Positions 39,660-52,489 are shown, counted from the whole stretch's first letter. The stretch: DNA of 63,759 bases, filler included, from Dicyema japonicum (GCA_011109175.1; 11 parts of 11 records of this genome joined end to end with filler, not necessarily neighbours in it); one strand, 5' to 3'. Program-made: numbers and translations. The notes: generated from the letters alone by a model not told the origin.

Positions 39660-42306
39660 CTTATTTATTATTTATTAACCCCGGGATCACCAAGAAAGAA
39701 AGACAAAAGTAAAGTCAACTAGTTAGGTGACCCCGGTTCCGCAACCAAACGTGCCATCCGAAGGCTGTGCGTCTCCATTGTTCCTAATGTCAAACTGAAA
39801 TGCCTTCTTTGATCCTTGCAGGGAAAGCCGATTGAAGAAGAAATTTCTTAGCCAAACGATTTTCTTTTTAATGAAACAGTGAGAGGCTTAGTGGGTGACT
39901 ATCATTCTCGCAAATGCAGAGAAATCCGGAACCAAATCTACGAGTTGTTGATTCCGTTAGCAGGGTAGGTATTTTTGTTTCACATTGTGGTCCCAGCATA
40001 CGTATTGTTTTCCTTTGCAGCAAATTTAGTTTTTGGATAGTGGCCTCTGATAACGCGAATCTCACTCAGCAAGGCATATTCTACCAGGCGCGATTGTCTG
40101 GCGGTATGGTTCCAATTGCTTTATTCATATTCGCTGGGGTCTTCTGGATGAGGCACGTGTGAAATTCAATTTCTGTAGTCCTTTGGTAAAGACTTGTTTG
40201 GCATGGTAAATGAAATTAAGCAGCCTGTCGTATGTCACTCCCAGGATTGAGGGGTTCCTTGTGACAGGTATCCGAGTATGTCCGATTAAGATTTCTGGTT
40301 CTTCTTTGGACCGCCGGTCGGAGGTGAATAGAGTGCATGTTGATTTTGGAGCCGATACCGAGAGACGGTTAGCTATCAACCAATCGTGGATACAATTCAC
40401 TTTCTTCTGTGCGAGTGAGACTGCTTCTGATGTCTAACTGCTCTTGTTGCAATGATGATATCGTCAGCATGAGAAAGCAATAGGAAGTTCTTGTCAATGT
40501 CTGCTGGCAGGTCGTGGAGGAAAAGGTTGAATAGAGTGGGGACAAAGGGAACCTTGGGGCACTCCGTTTGGCAGTAAACGTGATCTGATCTGAGGTGGCC
40601 ACAGATGGCCAGCCTTAGCTTCAAGTTAGGGCGAATTTTTGAATCAAAGATTTTTCCAATTAAATGTTTCCTCGGTACCGAGTCAAACGCTTTGCTGATG
40701 TCAATCGAAACCATTGTTGTCCGCATCTGTTTTGGGGTACGTGTTGAAACCATCCGCAATGAACTGCGAAAGCGTTGATAAGAGAGTCGTGGTTGATCTT
40801 CTATAACGGAATCCGTGTTGGAAAATCGGTTGAGTTCAGGAAGGGTAATTACAGATAGGATCAAGTTTTCCAACACTTTTGATATAGTAGAGGTCAATGG
40901 GATTGGTCTGATGAACTGGATCTCCTTTTGGTTTTCCGGCCTTATGAATTGGAGTGATGAGCCAGTTCTTGAAGCTGATCGCGGCGTAGTGTTTCATAAG
41001 TAGAATAGGGTGTATATGACAAATATGTTCTGGAGAGAGGTTGCAGGTCCGTTCGTATCTTCCAACTCTGATTTAATTTGTTTTAATGTTTTCCAAAATT
41101 GGTGAGATGAATTTTTCCCGTTAAAACGATTAATTAGGTGACGCCACCTCTGATCCTGATGGTCTTTTATGCTCTGGTTGATACTTTTATTTAGTTGTCT
41201 GATGGATTTCAACTCCTTGGGATGGCATCTTTTCAATTGGTTCCTTCTTTTGTGAGTGTAAGTGTCTGGGAATTGAGGGTATAAAATTAGTGTATGATGA
41301 GAGAGGAATAAATATGTTGTCAGTTTTTTGAATGGCCACACTGATGATTTTTGCGGCTTCATCTATCGAACGTATATGGGATGATAGTCCTTTGACCAAT
41401 TCCATGTCTATGCAGTCAGAGAAGCCAGGCCAGTCAACCTTCTTATATTTCTTGAAACTTTTCACTTCGGTCAGCAATGTCTGGCGTCTCCGAAATCCTC
41501 TTAACGTGAGAAGGATGGATTATAGTCCTGGAAACCATAGTTCACATCCCATGTAGTGATTCCTGCTAAAGATGAAGAGTATAGGGTCAAATCAGGAGAG
41601 GTGCAGCTATCAGTGCTCCTTAAAGGGGTTCTTGTGTGTAATTTAGGATTATTCAAAATAAACATATCAATGGGACCATTTGCGATGAACTCGAATCGGA
41701 TGTCAGAAGACTGTGAAGCTAGCCAAACGGGGTGTCGGGCATTTAGGTCACCGTATATTAGAGCGTTCTTTAGTACTGAGAGCAGGGTAGATTTGGGGTG
41801 TAGGATTTTGGGCAGGATCCTTGTGGTGGAATATATAGGTTAATCAAGTTGATCCTAAAAGACGGGTACAACTCCATTTTGATGGTGATCTGTTGCATGG
41901 TATCGTATGAGTCCAAAAGTTCTGAGGTCCGTCGACTCACGTCAATGAAAGGTATACCGTTCTTTATAATTGTGAGTAGTCCTCCACCTGGTCTTCCCTG
42001 AAGGTCCTTATGGATTATTGTGTATCCTGAATGAGGGTGTTGGCGTGGAAGATGAGAGCAAGGTCAGCTCGAGTTGTGGAGAGCTCTAAGTTCCAGGATC
42101 TTCCTTTTAATTCCATTTGTATTTAATTGTAGAATTATTAGTCTAGCGTGGACCAGGGTTTTTTCCAATGTCGCCACAACACAAGGCGGAATCGGAGGCA
42201 TATAGCTTTGCGGGAACCCCCAGAGGTGGGGAGAAGTTATTGGCTCTTTTGTTCCTCTCCGGACTGGGTGTCACCTTATCGGATAAGCCGCAAGACACCA
42301 CGTTAA
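39660..42306 (-). mobile_element. Degenerate single-ORF APE-RT LINE (Ingi/Vingi-like) with N-terminal 2A-like motif
   Basis: GDIGKNPGP directly before IILQLNTNGIK; GGGLLTII, SPDLTL, IDISKAFDSV, HADDI, ILGVTYDRLLNF; ends GGGGTTAATAAATAA. Confidence 0.85.
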
Positions 42307-42789
42307 CCATGTACAAACAATTTGTCTATCAATTTCATCAAATTCAAATGATTTAAATTATATATATTTNNNNNNNNNNNNNNNNNNNNNNNNNNNNNNN
42401 NNNNNNNNNNNNNTTAATTAATTAANNNNNNNNNNNNNNNNNNNNNNNNNNNNNNNNNNNNNNNNNNNNGCTCTAGACTCCATACCAGTGTTTTCAATAT
42501 ATTTTTTAACGAACGTTATTGATGGTTTTTGTGACGACTTTTGACATCCCCCTTTTTATTAGCCAGACAGACTTGGATAAACATCCCGTCCCTTTTAAGG
42601 AAAGTGTGCGTCGACTTCCTTTCTCCTATAAAGTGCTCTACATATTTTGATAATTCTTCCTTTAAATTATGATAAGGGACCTAAAAAAGTCAATTAAATC
42701 TCCATAAAAATTAACTTGTTAAATGTATAAAAAGTTGTACTAAAATGGAAAGTTAATTTATTTATCACAAATTTTTTTTAAATCACAAA

Positions 42790-43040
42790 TTTTTTTTTTT
42801 TATTAACAAAAATTTTTTTAACAATTAAACAAATGTCAGTTGAGGAAGCTTGCTGCGTGGATTGCAAACGAGTTCCCTCGGAGAATGGCATCTCCGTATT
42901 TTGAACACTTCGAAAGTTTCCAGAAATTATCTTTTNTTTTTTTTTATTAACAAAAATTTTTTTAACAATTAAACAAATGTCAGTTGAGGAAGCTTGCTGC
43001 GTGGATTGCAAACGAGTTCCCTCGGAGAATGGCATCTCCG
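42790..43040 (-). mobile_element. Very short CRE-like 3' stub, duplicated across an N
   Basis: AILRGNSFAIHAASFLN* plus a 3' UTR and poly(A) nearly identical to 39460-39560. Confidence 0.75.
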
Positions 43041-45058
43041 TATTTTGAACACTTCGAAAGTTTCCAGAAATTATCTTTTTTAAATGCAATTTTTGTGAAT
43101 GCAATTTTTGTACATATTAAGGCTGAACCTATTCTTTCATACGGGATACCACTATTATTCTCTCCACAGTCACCCCCACTGCTATCTATAATTTCTGACT
43201 TTACGTAAATCAACATCAGTTATGCCAAGATCTTAAATATTGCATATCCGTTTGATTTCAAGAGGAGTTGCTGAACCTTAATGTTATCTTGTATTTACTA
43301 AGACTAAACTAATACAAGGAACTTTATTTCAGTTCGACATTATGATCCTTAAAGACATACAACAACAACAATTAATCAACAAAAGAGTTAAGAAGTTTTC
43401 TGGAGGGTATTACAACTGAGTTCTACCATAAGGCTTGGACTCCACATCTGGACCCTTCCTCCTTTTTTATATTAATTAATTTTTTCAGAACGTTTCTCCC
43501 AGCTTGATATACGTGTCTTGGATCTTTAATCTCTTCCTGAAACCATTGATCCAATCCTCCACAATCCTGCTGATCGGTTCTGAAGACTTGATTTCGTCCT
43601 CGCTTAAACAGTCTTTCAGTTTCTAGTTTAAGGAGAGCTTAAGTTGCATCAATGCTCAATCTGGTCAACATACTCCCGGATTATTCCTTCAGATATAGAA
43701 GATTTTAGTGATGTGTCCACCACGATTACGTCATCCGTATAAATAAGGACTAGTATTAATATTCCTCGGACCTGGGAAACTCGCCATGAATGAATTAAAC
43801 AAAATAGGACTCAATACCGAACCTTGTGATACGTTCAATCACTTCCGCGAAAGAACATATTAAGCTAATTGGTCTGTAGCTTGCCGGATCTCTCTTTGGC
43901 TTCCNACTAGTATTAATATTCCTCGGACGTGGGAAACTCGCCATGAATGAATTAAACAAAATAGGACTAAATACCGAACCTTGTGATACGTTCAATCACT
44001 TCCGCGAAAGAACATATTAAGCTAATTGGTCTGTAGCTTGCCGGATCTCTCTTTGGCTTTTCTGGTTTTGGAATCATCCTCACAACAGCTTTCTTCCATA
44101 TGAATGGGAGGTGGCCAAGTAGTAAACACTCATCATAAGGACATCGCAGATAGTCAAATAAAATATCCGGACCCTCTTTGATAAGTTTCATTGATATGTG
44201 GTCATATCCTGGAGCATTGACCTTGAATTCCCTGATAGCTGTCATCACTTCAAAGACGCTGACACTGCTATCAGCAATAGGCAGTTCCTCGTCGGAGTGT
44301 TTAAATATATCGGCAGACAACTTCTTTTTGTCATCAGGGATCAAACTCCACGGATCCACACCCTGAATTTTTTGGAGCTGATCTCTGAATATCGAAGGTG
44401 TTTCCTCCGTTATTCATACTCCCCCATCTGGTTTATTCAACATATTTTTTTATGCTCCCGACTTTAGACACATTATCTTCTGATAGCATTTCCAAAAAGA
44501 GGGATTCTTCATATCAACTTTCGCAGTCTCAGCCTTCCATATACGGTCAGTCTCCTCCTTCCAAATATTGCTAATTGCTTCCTTTATCATCCTGATTCTG
44601 GCCCCGTCTATTTTGTCAACACAACTTCATTGCTTTGCCCTTAGGCGATTTTTCTCCCAAATAAGCCTCATAATAATTGGCGACACAAAATAATGATTAT
44701 TTTTTGAGAAAATTCTTCGTGCATATAGGTGAAGGCAAAGCACATTGTCTGATGAAGATATGACTGCATGAGATTCGTTAGTTCTCGACTTGCAGTTTTG
44801 ATATCTTTTATGGTTAAAAAGTCTCTTAATAGAACACACAAAATATTGGATATGAAGATCCTATAGTGGGCCCAATCCAAGTTAGATGAGTTGAACCTCA
44901 AGAAGACATCTTCCATAACATCTGGCCTAATACTAATTGCTATTTCTTGTGGAATATGGTCGCTCCGTCGCAACAAATGTCCATGCTTTCAAATTTACAC
45001 AATACATCACAAACGACTTTTGGATTACGAATTCGGAGGCAGTCCCAGTAGAAAATAG

Positions 45059-45208
45059 GGAGTGCGGAAAAAAAGTCAAGCGGAAAAAAGGTCAAGTATT
45101 GAAAAAATTTTTAAAAATTAAAAGATGCTAGTAGTATCACAAAAATGCGATATAAACTAAAAAAAGAGAACTTGATTTTTTTTCCGCTTGACTTTTTTTC
45201 CTACAACC
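45059..45208. mobile_element. 150-bp MITE with 8-bp TSD (Mutator/Phantom- or Merlin-like)
   Basis: GG...CC ends; inverted arrays of GGAAAAAAAGTCAAG; GAAAATAG duplicated at 45051-45058 and 45209-45216. Confidence 0.88.
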
Positions 45209-45799
45209 GAAAATAGACGTCTCCGTACTAGCAACAGCTCCAGCCTTTCATAAAACGTCTGCAGAATTGTATCCAGTCATTATATTACTCTTCGATTTCT
45301 TTAATTTCGTCTCATTGACCACCAAGATGTCGATCTAGGAGGCCCTCGCAAGTAGTGCTAGTTCATTATGCCTTTTCCCTAGAGATCGGGCATTCACTAG
45401 CACTATTTTTAGTCTTTGTTTCAAACATTTGGGTGACCTTGTTTCTTCAAAGCCAAGGTTTCCATTAAATCCACATGTGCAATCGAGCACAAATAGTTTA
45501 GTCGTGACATAATCTCCGATAATATTGGGAATTTTAGGTGCCGACTTTGATGTAACTGTCTTTGCTGTCCACGTTCTCCCAATATCGCCTATTATCGCCT
45601 GTCCATCGCTTTTAGTTGCTCTCCTCTGATCAGATTTCTTGGCGGCTGGGCATCCACCATATCTGGCACAATGTGAGGACGAGCCACAATTTATGCAATT
45701 CATTGTGTTCCCAGGAGTCTCTCCACAAGCAGTCAGGTCGTGTTCCCCTGCGCAACGGAGAGATCTTGTCTTCTCCTTGCAAAAAGAGGATATGTGTCC

Positions 45800-46455
45800 G
45801 GTTGTAGGAAAAAAAGTCAAGTGGAAAAAAGGTCAAGCGGAAAAAAAGTCAAGTTGTCTTTTTTAGTTTATATCGCATTTTTGTGATACTACTAGCATCT
45901 TTTAATTTTTAAAATTTTTTTCAATACTTGACTTTTTTTCCGCTTGNNNNNNNNNNNNNNNNNNNNNNNNNNNNNNNNNNNNNNNNNNNNNNNNNNNNNN
46001 NNNNNNNNNNNNNNNNNNNNNNNNNNNNNNNNNNNNNNNNNNNNNNNNNNNNNNNNNNNNNNNNNNNNNNNNNNNNNNNNNNNNNNNNNNNNNNNNNNNN
46101 NNNNNNNNNNNNNNNNNNNNNNNNNNNNNNNNNNNNNNNNNNNNNNNNNNNNNNNNNNNNNNNNNNNNNNNNNNNNNNNNNNNNNNNNNNNNNNNNNNNN
46201 NNNNNNNNNNNNNNNNNNNNNNNNNNNNNNNNNNNNNNNNNNNNNNNNNNNNNNNATAGAAAAAAAGTCAAGCGGAAAAAAAGTCAAGTATTGAAAAAAT
46301 TTTTAAAAATTAAAAGATGCTAGTAGTATCACAAAAATGCGATATACACTAAAAAGGACGACTTGACTTTTTTTTCGCTTGACTTTTTTTCCCCTTACGG
46401 ACTTGACTTTTTTTCCGCTTGACCTTTTTTCCGCTTGACTTTTTTTCCGCACTCC
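45800..46455. mobile_element. Two more arms or copies of the same MITE flanking an assembly gap
   Basis: 45800-45946 is the reverse complement of the 45059 MITE; 46256-46455 has the same core and repeats and ends CCGCACTCC. Confidence 0.8.
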
Positions 46456-48759
46456 AGTAAAGAAGGTTGGTTAGAAAAAAGGCGAACAGCAGAAACATTT
46501 GCGTTCCGTATCCCAACTTCTCAATGACATGTTCGTACATAAATTTCCTTCCTCCTTCTAGTTTCCCTGACAATACGATTTCTTTCTCTTCTTGACTCGT
46601 TGTAAGTATCATTATTTGAACACGATTCCATTCTTAGCCGCATTTTTTTGTTTAGTTAATAATGGTTCTATTCAGTGATCCGAAATTTTGAAGACCCCTT
46701 TAAATCCTGCCGGCCTGTTTTCCCCAAGCACGTCGAAACTTGCCTTCTTTATTCCCTCAACAGTAGCATTTCAAATCATTGCTGGGGGATTGTCCATATT
46801 TATGTTCACAATCTTTTTTTCATTCTGAAACGTGAAACAAGCAGTTTATGTTCAGTAGAGCGATTTTTTTCAAAAGTCAAAAATTTATATATTCTTTAAA
46901 ATTGTTTAAAACTTATAAAAATGTGATTTTTAATCAAAAATAATATATAAATCAAAAGTTATAAAGTCAAAAANNNNNNNNNNNNNNNNNNNNNNNNNNN
47001 NNNNNNNNNNNNNNNNNTTAATTAATTAANNNNNNNNNNNNNNNNNNNNNNNNNNNNNNNNNNNNNNNNNNNNAGAATGATCACCCACAAAAGGAAAACG
47101 GAAAATCATAATCCCATAAAAGGAAAAAAGGTTATTTTTTATATTTTTATTAATTAGAAAATATTTTTTAAGAAATTAATGATAAAATAAATTTTAAACA
47201 AAACCAATAAATCATTGATTTATATAATTAAATTTAATATAGAAATTGCCAAATTGGCTCAAAGTCTGTTGGCGGTGATTATGAAAGATTAATTTCCCAT
47301 TGAAGGATAATAGTCAGATCATGATCCCAGAAAAAAAAGAGATATTTATTGTGACCGGTTGACAACGATTTCAGGTTGAGTACGATCCGTAAAATCGATC
47401 AAAATTTATTTTGCCGTTAATACGCCCTTGAGACTCAAAACCACAAAAATATATTAGTTAGCTAAGTTAGAAATTAAAATTTCTTAATTATTCTTAGCTT
47501 TCATTAATTTACATTTAAAATTTTTTATAAATTTGAATTATATAGAAAATTTTATTTTTTTAGAATGGTTTACTTTTAATGAAATAAGAGAAAAAAACCA
47601 CCTCGTTATATTGTTTTTTCATGTTGGTATTAATTTATTTGATTTGATCTTCGAAAGAAAGAATTCATTTTACGGAGTGAGATTTTAATTTATTATTCTA
47701 TCAACTCGATACAGGCAATTATGAAGATGATAAGAATGAAAGTCAGTTCGTCATTTTATTTGGATGTAAATTGAAGTTAAATGGAGAAAGGTTCAATAAA
47801 TTTAGTTGAATTTAAAACTGTCAAGTTTTTCAATTTTGTGGAGGAAAGGATGTTAAGAAAATGTTAAGTTGTGGATAAACGATTAACGGTTTTAAAAATT
47901 GGAGACAAGGTTGTTAGATGAGTACGTTCTGACTCAAATATAAAAACTCGTAGAGGTGCTCTGAATGAGCATATGGACATCAATATTTATTTCGTTAGAG
48001 AAATCTCTCCCACTGGATGATAATGTGTGAATGCGAAAATGAAACTATTATTAAAGAAAATAGCACAGACTGGCCTAATTTAGATACAAAATAAATGATT
48101 TTTCGATTAAAATTAATTTGATGTTAATATTTTAAAGTGATTATTTTGTTATTAGTTAATATTAGTATAAAAACAACATCTAATAAACATAATTTACAGG
48201 AGTATGTAGCAAAGTGTAGAATCTAATAAATATAATTCATCGGGAGTATGTAGCAATATCACATTTCATATTTGTTTTACGAGGAGTATGTAGCGAAGTG
48301 TAGGAATTTGTCTCCTCCCGTTAGGTGGAAAATTTCGGAACGTGCGTACATACGACGACAATCAGTTAGTTTATTTTTTAATAAATACATTTAATAAAGT
48401 ATCTTTAGAATTCGATCATAGTTGGAAATGTTTAGGAAAATTTATTTTATTAGGGTTTATAGCTTATACATCATTATCATCGTTAGAGATGCTTTATAAC
48501 AAATACTTATTATTTGTCTTTTATAAAGTAACTCTAAGAGAAATATTCATTTTACTTTTTCCATTATTTAAGATTGGATCAGACTAACCTCCCCGCTTGT
48601 TTTTACTGTCCGAACGGCAGTAATATAATGGTTTGTAAAGTTCCGTTACTTAATTTAAAAGAAAAATGGATATTTTTTATTTTTTTATTAATGAAAAAAA
48701 TTTTTTTAGGAAATTAATGATAAAATATTTTTTAAACAAATCGAATTAATCATTGCTGA

Positions 48760-49060
48760 AGAGTTGGTGTTGAACATGAAAGATTTATTTATCGAGTGCC
48801 TTTTGGTGCATGATGCGGTATGCTGTCAATTCACTCCATATCGTTTTTTGTCAAATTTCCGTCTATAAAAATAACCCTCGTGGACATAAATATTACGCCA
48901 AGTGCCTTTTTGATTCAAGATTTCTTTTTCTTTCTTTTATTTTTCTTCCTCCTTTATCCTGTGGCGTCAATTTTTTCACCTGTCTCAGCTGGTACCCATT
49001 TCCTGGTTTGTTAAATTCTCATTGATCTTCTCATTCCATCTGTGCTGCTCCACATCTGCA
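48760..49060 (-). mobile_element. Possible Mutator-like (FLYWCH) transposase remnant
   Basis: NQKGTWRNIYVHEGYFYRR resembles a FLYWCH start; flank 48655-48760 is related to 47115-47220. Confidence 0.3.
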
Positions 49061-49094
49061 ATGACTAAACATTTTCTTATTTTTAGTTTGTTTA

Positions 49095-49880
49095 TGATTA
49101 TTATTATTTTTCAATAACCCCGTGTAGGGAACATCATGAAAGAGTGAGTAAACCAATTATATAAGTTATCTTGGAACACCTCATTTAGGATCAAGAGGTT
49201 TTTCTTGTGTTCCTCCACAAGGTCCATTGCTTTCCTGTTTGACGACGATCACCTTTCAACAAGATTTGAAGAGTGGTGTGTTTTTTCCTCAATTTACGTG
49301 AATTTGAGGCTTATAGTCTTGAATGAAAGAAACTAATTGTCTCATGACCACACAAACCGATGAAACTGGAGCCGTTGTTTTTGATTGAAAAGTGGTCAAG
49401 CATTGGGGGAAAGATTGGCAGGTAGATTCGTTAGACGTACCACTTTGGCTGTTAGGAAATTGATCTTGTACAAATTTGATATTGAAACTCTATAAGTCCA
49501 TGTGGCACAAGCATACTCAACCGTAGGTTATAAAAGTTGATTGTACAAGACGACAGCGCATTCCCGTGACGGCCTGGACTTTAAGAGCGGTTACATTATA
49601 TTCAGTTTCCTGAGACCCTTTGTCATAACGTTCTTCAAATGTTGAGAAAATGTCATCAAAGGGTCGAAAGTCACTCCCAGAATAGTTGGATAAATCTGTA
49701 TAGGTAGAGTCTCCATAGAGGGTCGAAAGTCACTCCCAGAATAGTTGGATGAATCTGTATAGGTATAGTCTCCATATATGCTCAAATACAGTGTATATTT
49801 TTCTTTTCTGTCTGTAGTGATACGCTGATTTATCTCTGGATATGGAGGGGCGATTCAAATTCAACCAGGCTCCCAGATTT
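49095..49880 (-). mobile_element. I/Jockey/Ingi-like LINE 3' fragment
   Basis: PTILGVTFDPLMTFSQHL..KGLRKLNIM, VEYAC; ends GGGGTTA + (TAA)n. Confidence 0.75.
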
Positions 49881-49889
49881 GTTCTTCTT

Positions 49890-50092
49890 TTAGCCTTTTC
49901 ACGAGAGCTATAATATTTATTGCTCCGCATAGGCAGAACACACACTTTATTTAAGTAAATAACAGTTAATTTTAACTAATCGTAGAACCAAAGAATGATC
50001 TTCACTTTTTTTTCGTTTTCTTGTGTGTGGGTCCTTTTTTGACAATCCAGTCACGGAGTGAGTATCCACTGATGACGGCGTCACTCGTCAAG
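49890..50092 (-). mobile_element. 5'-truncated copy of the SINE family
   Basis: Reverse complement aligns with 62960-63172. Confidence 0.85.
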
Positions 50093-50224
50093 GTTTGTTC
50101 TTGATTAATTTAATTATATGTGATCTAAATCGTTTGAAACGTAATTTCAGCAAAATCATCTTATTTGTTTGAAATAAAATAAAATTAATATTTAAAAATA
50201 ATAATATAATAGTTGTAGTTACTA

Positions 50225-52150
50225 ATGATGATGCCTGACTATGATCTTAAGCCACTCGTGTACGCTAGCAACTTCCATGGTGCCATAAATGTGCTTACTG
50301 CTGATAAAACCGGAACTTATTGTGGTATTGGAGGTCGCAAAGGTGNNNNNNNNNNNNNNNNNNNNNNNNNNNNNNNNNNNNNNNNNNNNNNNNNNNNNNN
50401 NNNNNNNNNNNNNNNNNNNNNNNNNNNNNNNNNNNNNNNNNNNNNNNNNNNNNNNNNNNNNNNNNNNNNNNNNNNNNNNNNNNNNNNNNNNNNNNNNNNN
50501 NNNNNNNNNNNNNNNNNNNNNNNNNNNNNNNNNTGGTAGTTAGAAGTTTACCACTTTAGTCAACGTATTGTTTTCACTAGTGATTCAGGAAATGCGTTTT
50601 ACTGGGACATCAACAGGAAAAAAATCCTGTTACCTTGTACAGGTTCTCTTGAGTTATGACGACTAGTGGACAAAAAGACAAATAAGGATGAACTAGTCAC
50701 GTACATAACGTTTGATCCACTCAGCAAACATAACCTATAGATGGCCTACCAAAAAGGAGCGGTTAAAATATTGGTTGAAGTATTTGTGACTTAAAGGACA
50801 AACGAGTTTAGAGATTTTTCCAAAAGGAGCTATCAATCTCTGATGTTAGATTCTCCAAACATTCAGGGTCATCCTTAATTGCCACTGCTCTAATTGATGG
50901 ATCAATCAAAATATGGGATTTAAGGAATTTTAAAAGACACGTGTGTGATTTTCATGCTCACACTGGCCGAATTAATAGCATAGATTGGCATCCTGACCAC
51001 AATGTGATTGTTTCGGCAGGAAAGGGACAAAATAACATTTTTGTAGACTTATCTCTTATTTTTAAGATTTGGGACTTTGACCACAGCGCCGAAAAGGTCA
51101 ACAAGATCAATTCTCGGTCTGGGGATATTATTAAAGTAAGATTGAGACCTGGTTACTAGTAAGACCGTTTCTTTAATTATAGTACTCAGTTCACTACCCT
51201 ATCTGTTACCAATAAGAATATGATCAATATCTGGGACTTAATGAACCCATATTCTACATATGGAGTGATTCATTCTGATATGGAAACTGAATTAAAAATG
51301 TGGTGGTAACATCTTTCAGTGTGCATTGCTTGGAGGGGTCGTTCTGGGGAAGAGTTATCCTCTGGTGGACTCAGTAACATGTTGATCAGATTTGTTCTAC
51401 AAAAAGTTCAAAGAATTTCACCACCACAATATCGTAGGAATTGCATAGACATTGGAATTGATGTAATGATGAATTGTACCAGCTACAATCTTGAAAGGCC
51501 ACATATAAAAAAAAATTTCTTGAGGTAGGTCTAAAGTGGAGACTAAGCTAAAAACGACTGAGGTACCCCTGTTTGATTGATCATAGCTGGAGTCCAATGA
51601 TTGGTTGTTAAGTTTGCAGAACAACTAAAGTTCTACTGAAGTGACCCCTCTTATTTATGTCAACACAACGCCAACGTTGCCAAAAAATTCGGTCGTACTG
51701 AAATCGAAGCTTCTTGGTTGATTTTAAAGCAAGTTATAAATTCCCTTAAACTCCGTATTTTCTATATATAGCCTCTAGTAAAGGAGGAACCCAACGATTC
51801 GTCAATTGGGTTCCTCCTTGTCTCTGGTAATAATCTTGAAAAATGTATAAACTATAAGAAAGAATAACTATTCACTACTCTCAACCTCAGAAATGTGTTC
51901 ATTGTAAATATACTTAGATTACACGCAGGAAGACTATCAATAAAATAGAGCCAGTGTACACCTACAGCATTCTTAATGGTTTCTTTATTTTCAGTCATTC
52001 ACAACAATCTTCATACTGATTCGAGGTTTGAGGCTTGTTGAAGAAACTCAGAATAACACAACTTTATGATTGAAGTGGATGAATAAGCCAGGCTGTGATG
52101 TCATGTTGCGAAATTAATCAAAATGCAAGAAATGTGGTGATTATTTGTTT
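50225..52150 (+). pseudogene. WDR24: WDR24 (GATOR2 subunit)-like gene with in-frame stops
   Basis: AINVLTAD..GGRK; DVRFS..DGSIKIWDLR..FHAHTGRINSIDWHP; VRLRPG; INIWDLMNPY; LCQHNANVAKKFG..W. Stops: TAG ~50738, TAG ~50809, TGA ~51636. Confidence 0.78.
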
Positions 52151-52489
52151 ATTTGCNNNNNNNNNNNNNNNNNNNNNNNNNNNNNNNNNNNNNNNNNNNN
52201 TTAATTAATTAANNNNNNNNNNNNNNNNNNNNNNNNNNNNNNNNNNNNNNNNNNNNTATAATGTATTAAAGAAATCTTGCGAGGTAACTCGTTTGCTATC
52301 CGCGGTGCAGCCAATGGCGAATCCTAATTCCTTGAATTAATCATATTAACACATTTATTAAAGTATTTTCTAATTAATCGTCCCTGCAAATTTTTTTTGG
52401 TTATCTCATTTATAAAAGCAATAAGCAGGTTCACGATAATATTAAACAAACAAAACAGGGGAGAGTCTAACTAGATCAAGGCCTCACGA

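Larger units (their letters stand above)
43400..46850 (-). mobile_element. Degenerate two-ORF Jockey-like LINE (gag-like zinc knuckles + APE + RT), interrupted by MITEs
   Basis: GHISSFC..CAGEHDLTAC..CINCGSSSH..GCP; VLVNARSL..NETK; APGYDHI..WKKAVVRMIPKPEK..SYRPISL; QGSVFSPILFN. Confidence 0.85.

Noticed and set aside
50055-50095. Hammerhead ribozyme antisense to the SINE core (CTGATGA...)
   Set aside because: No GAAA after the stem (CAAAC or CAAGG instead), the other copies read CTAATGA and CTGTTGA, and there is no valid stem III or cleavage triplet.
50700-51640. Stop-codon reassignment explaining the WDR24 stops
   Set aside because: The stops align to different expected residues, and intact genes here terminate with TAG, TAA and TGA.
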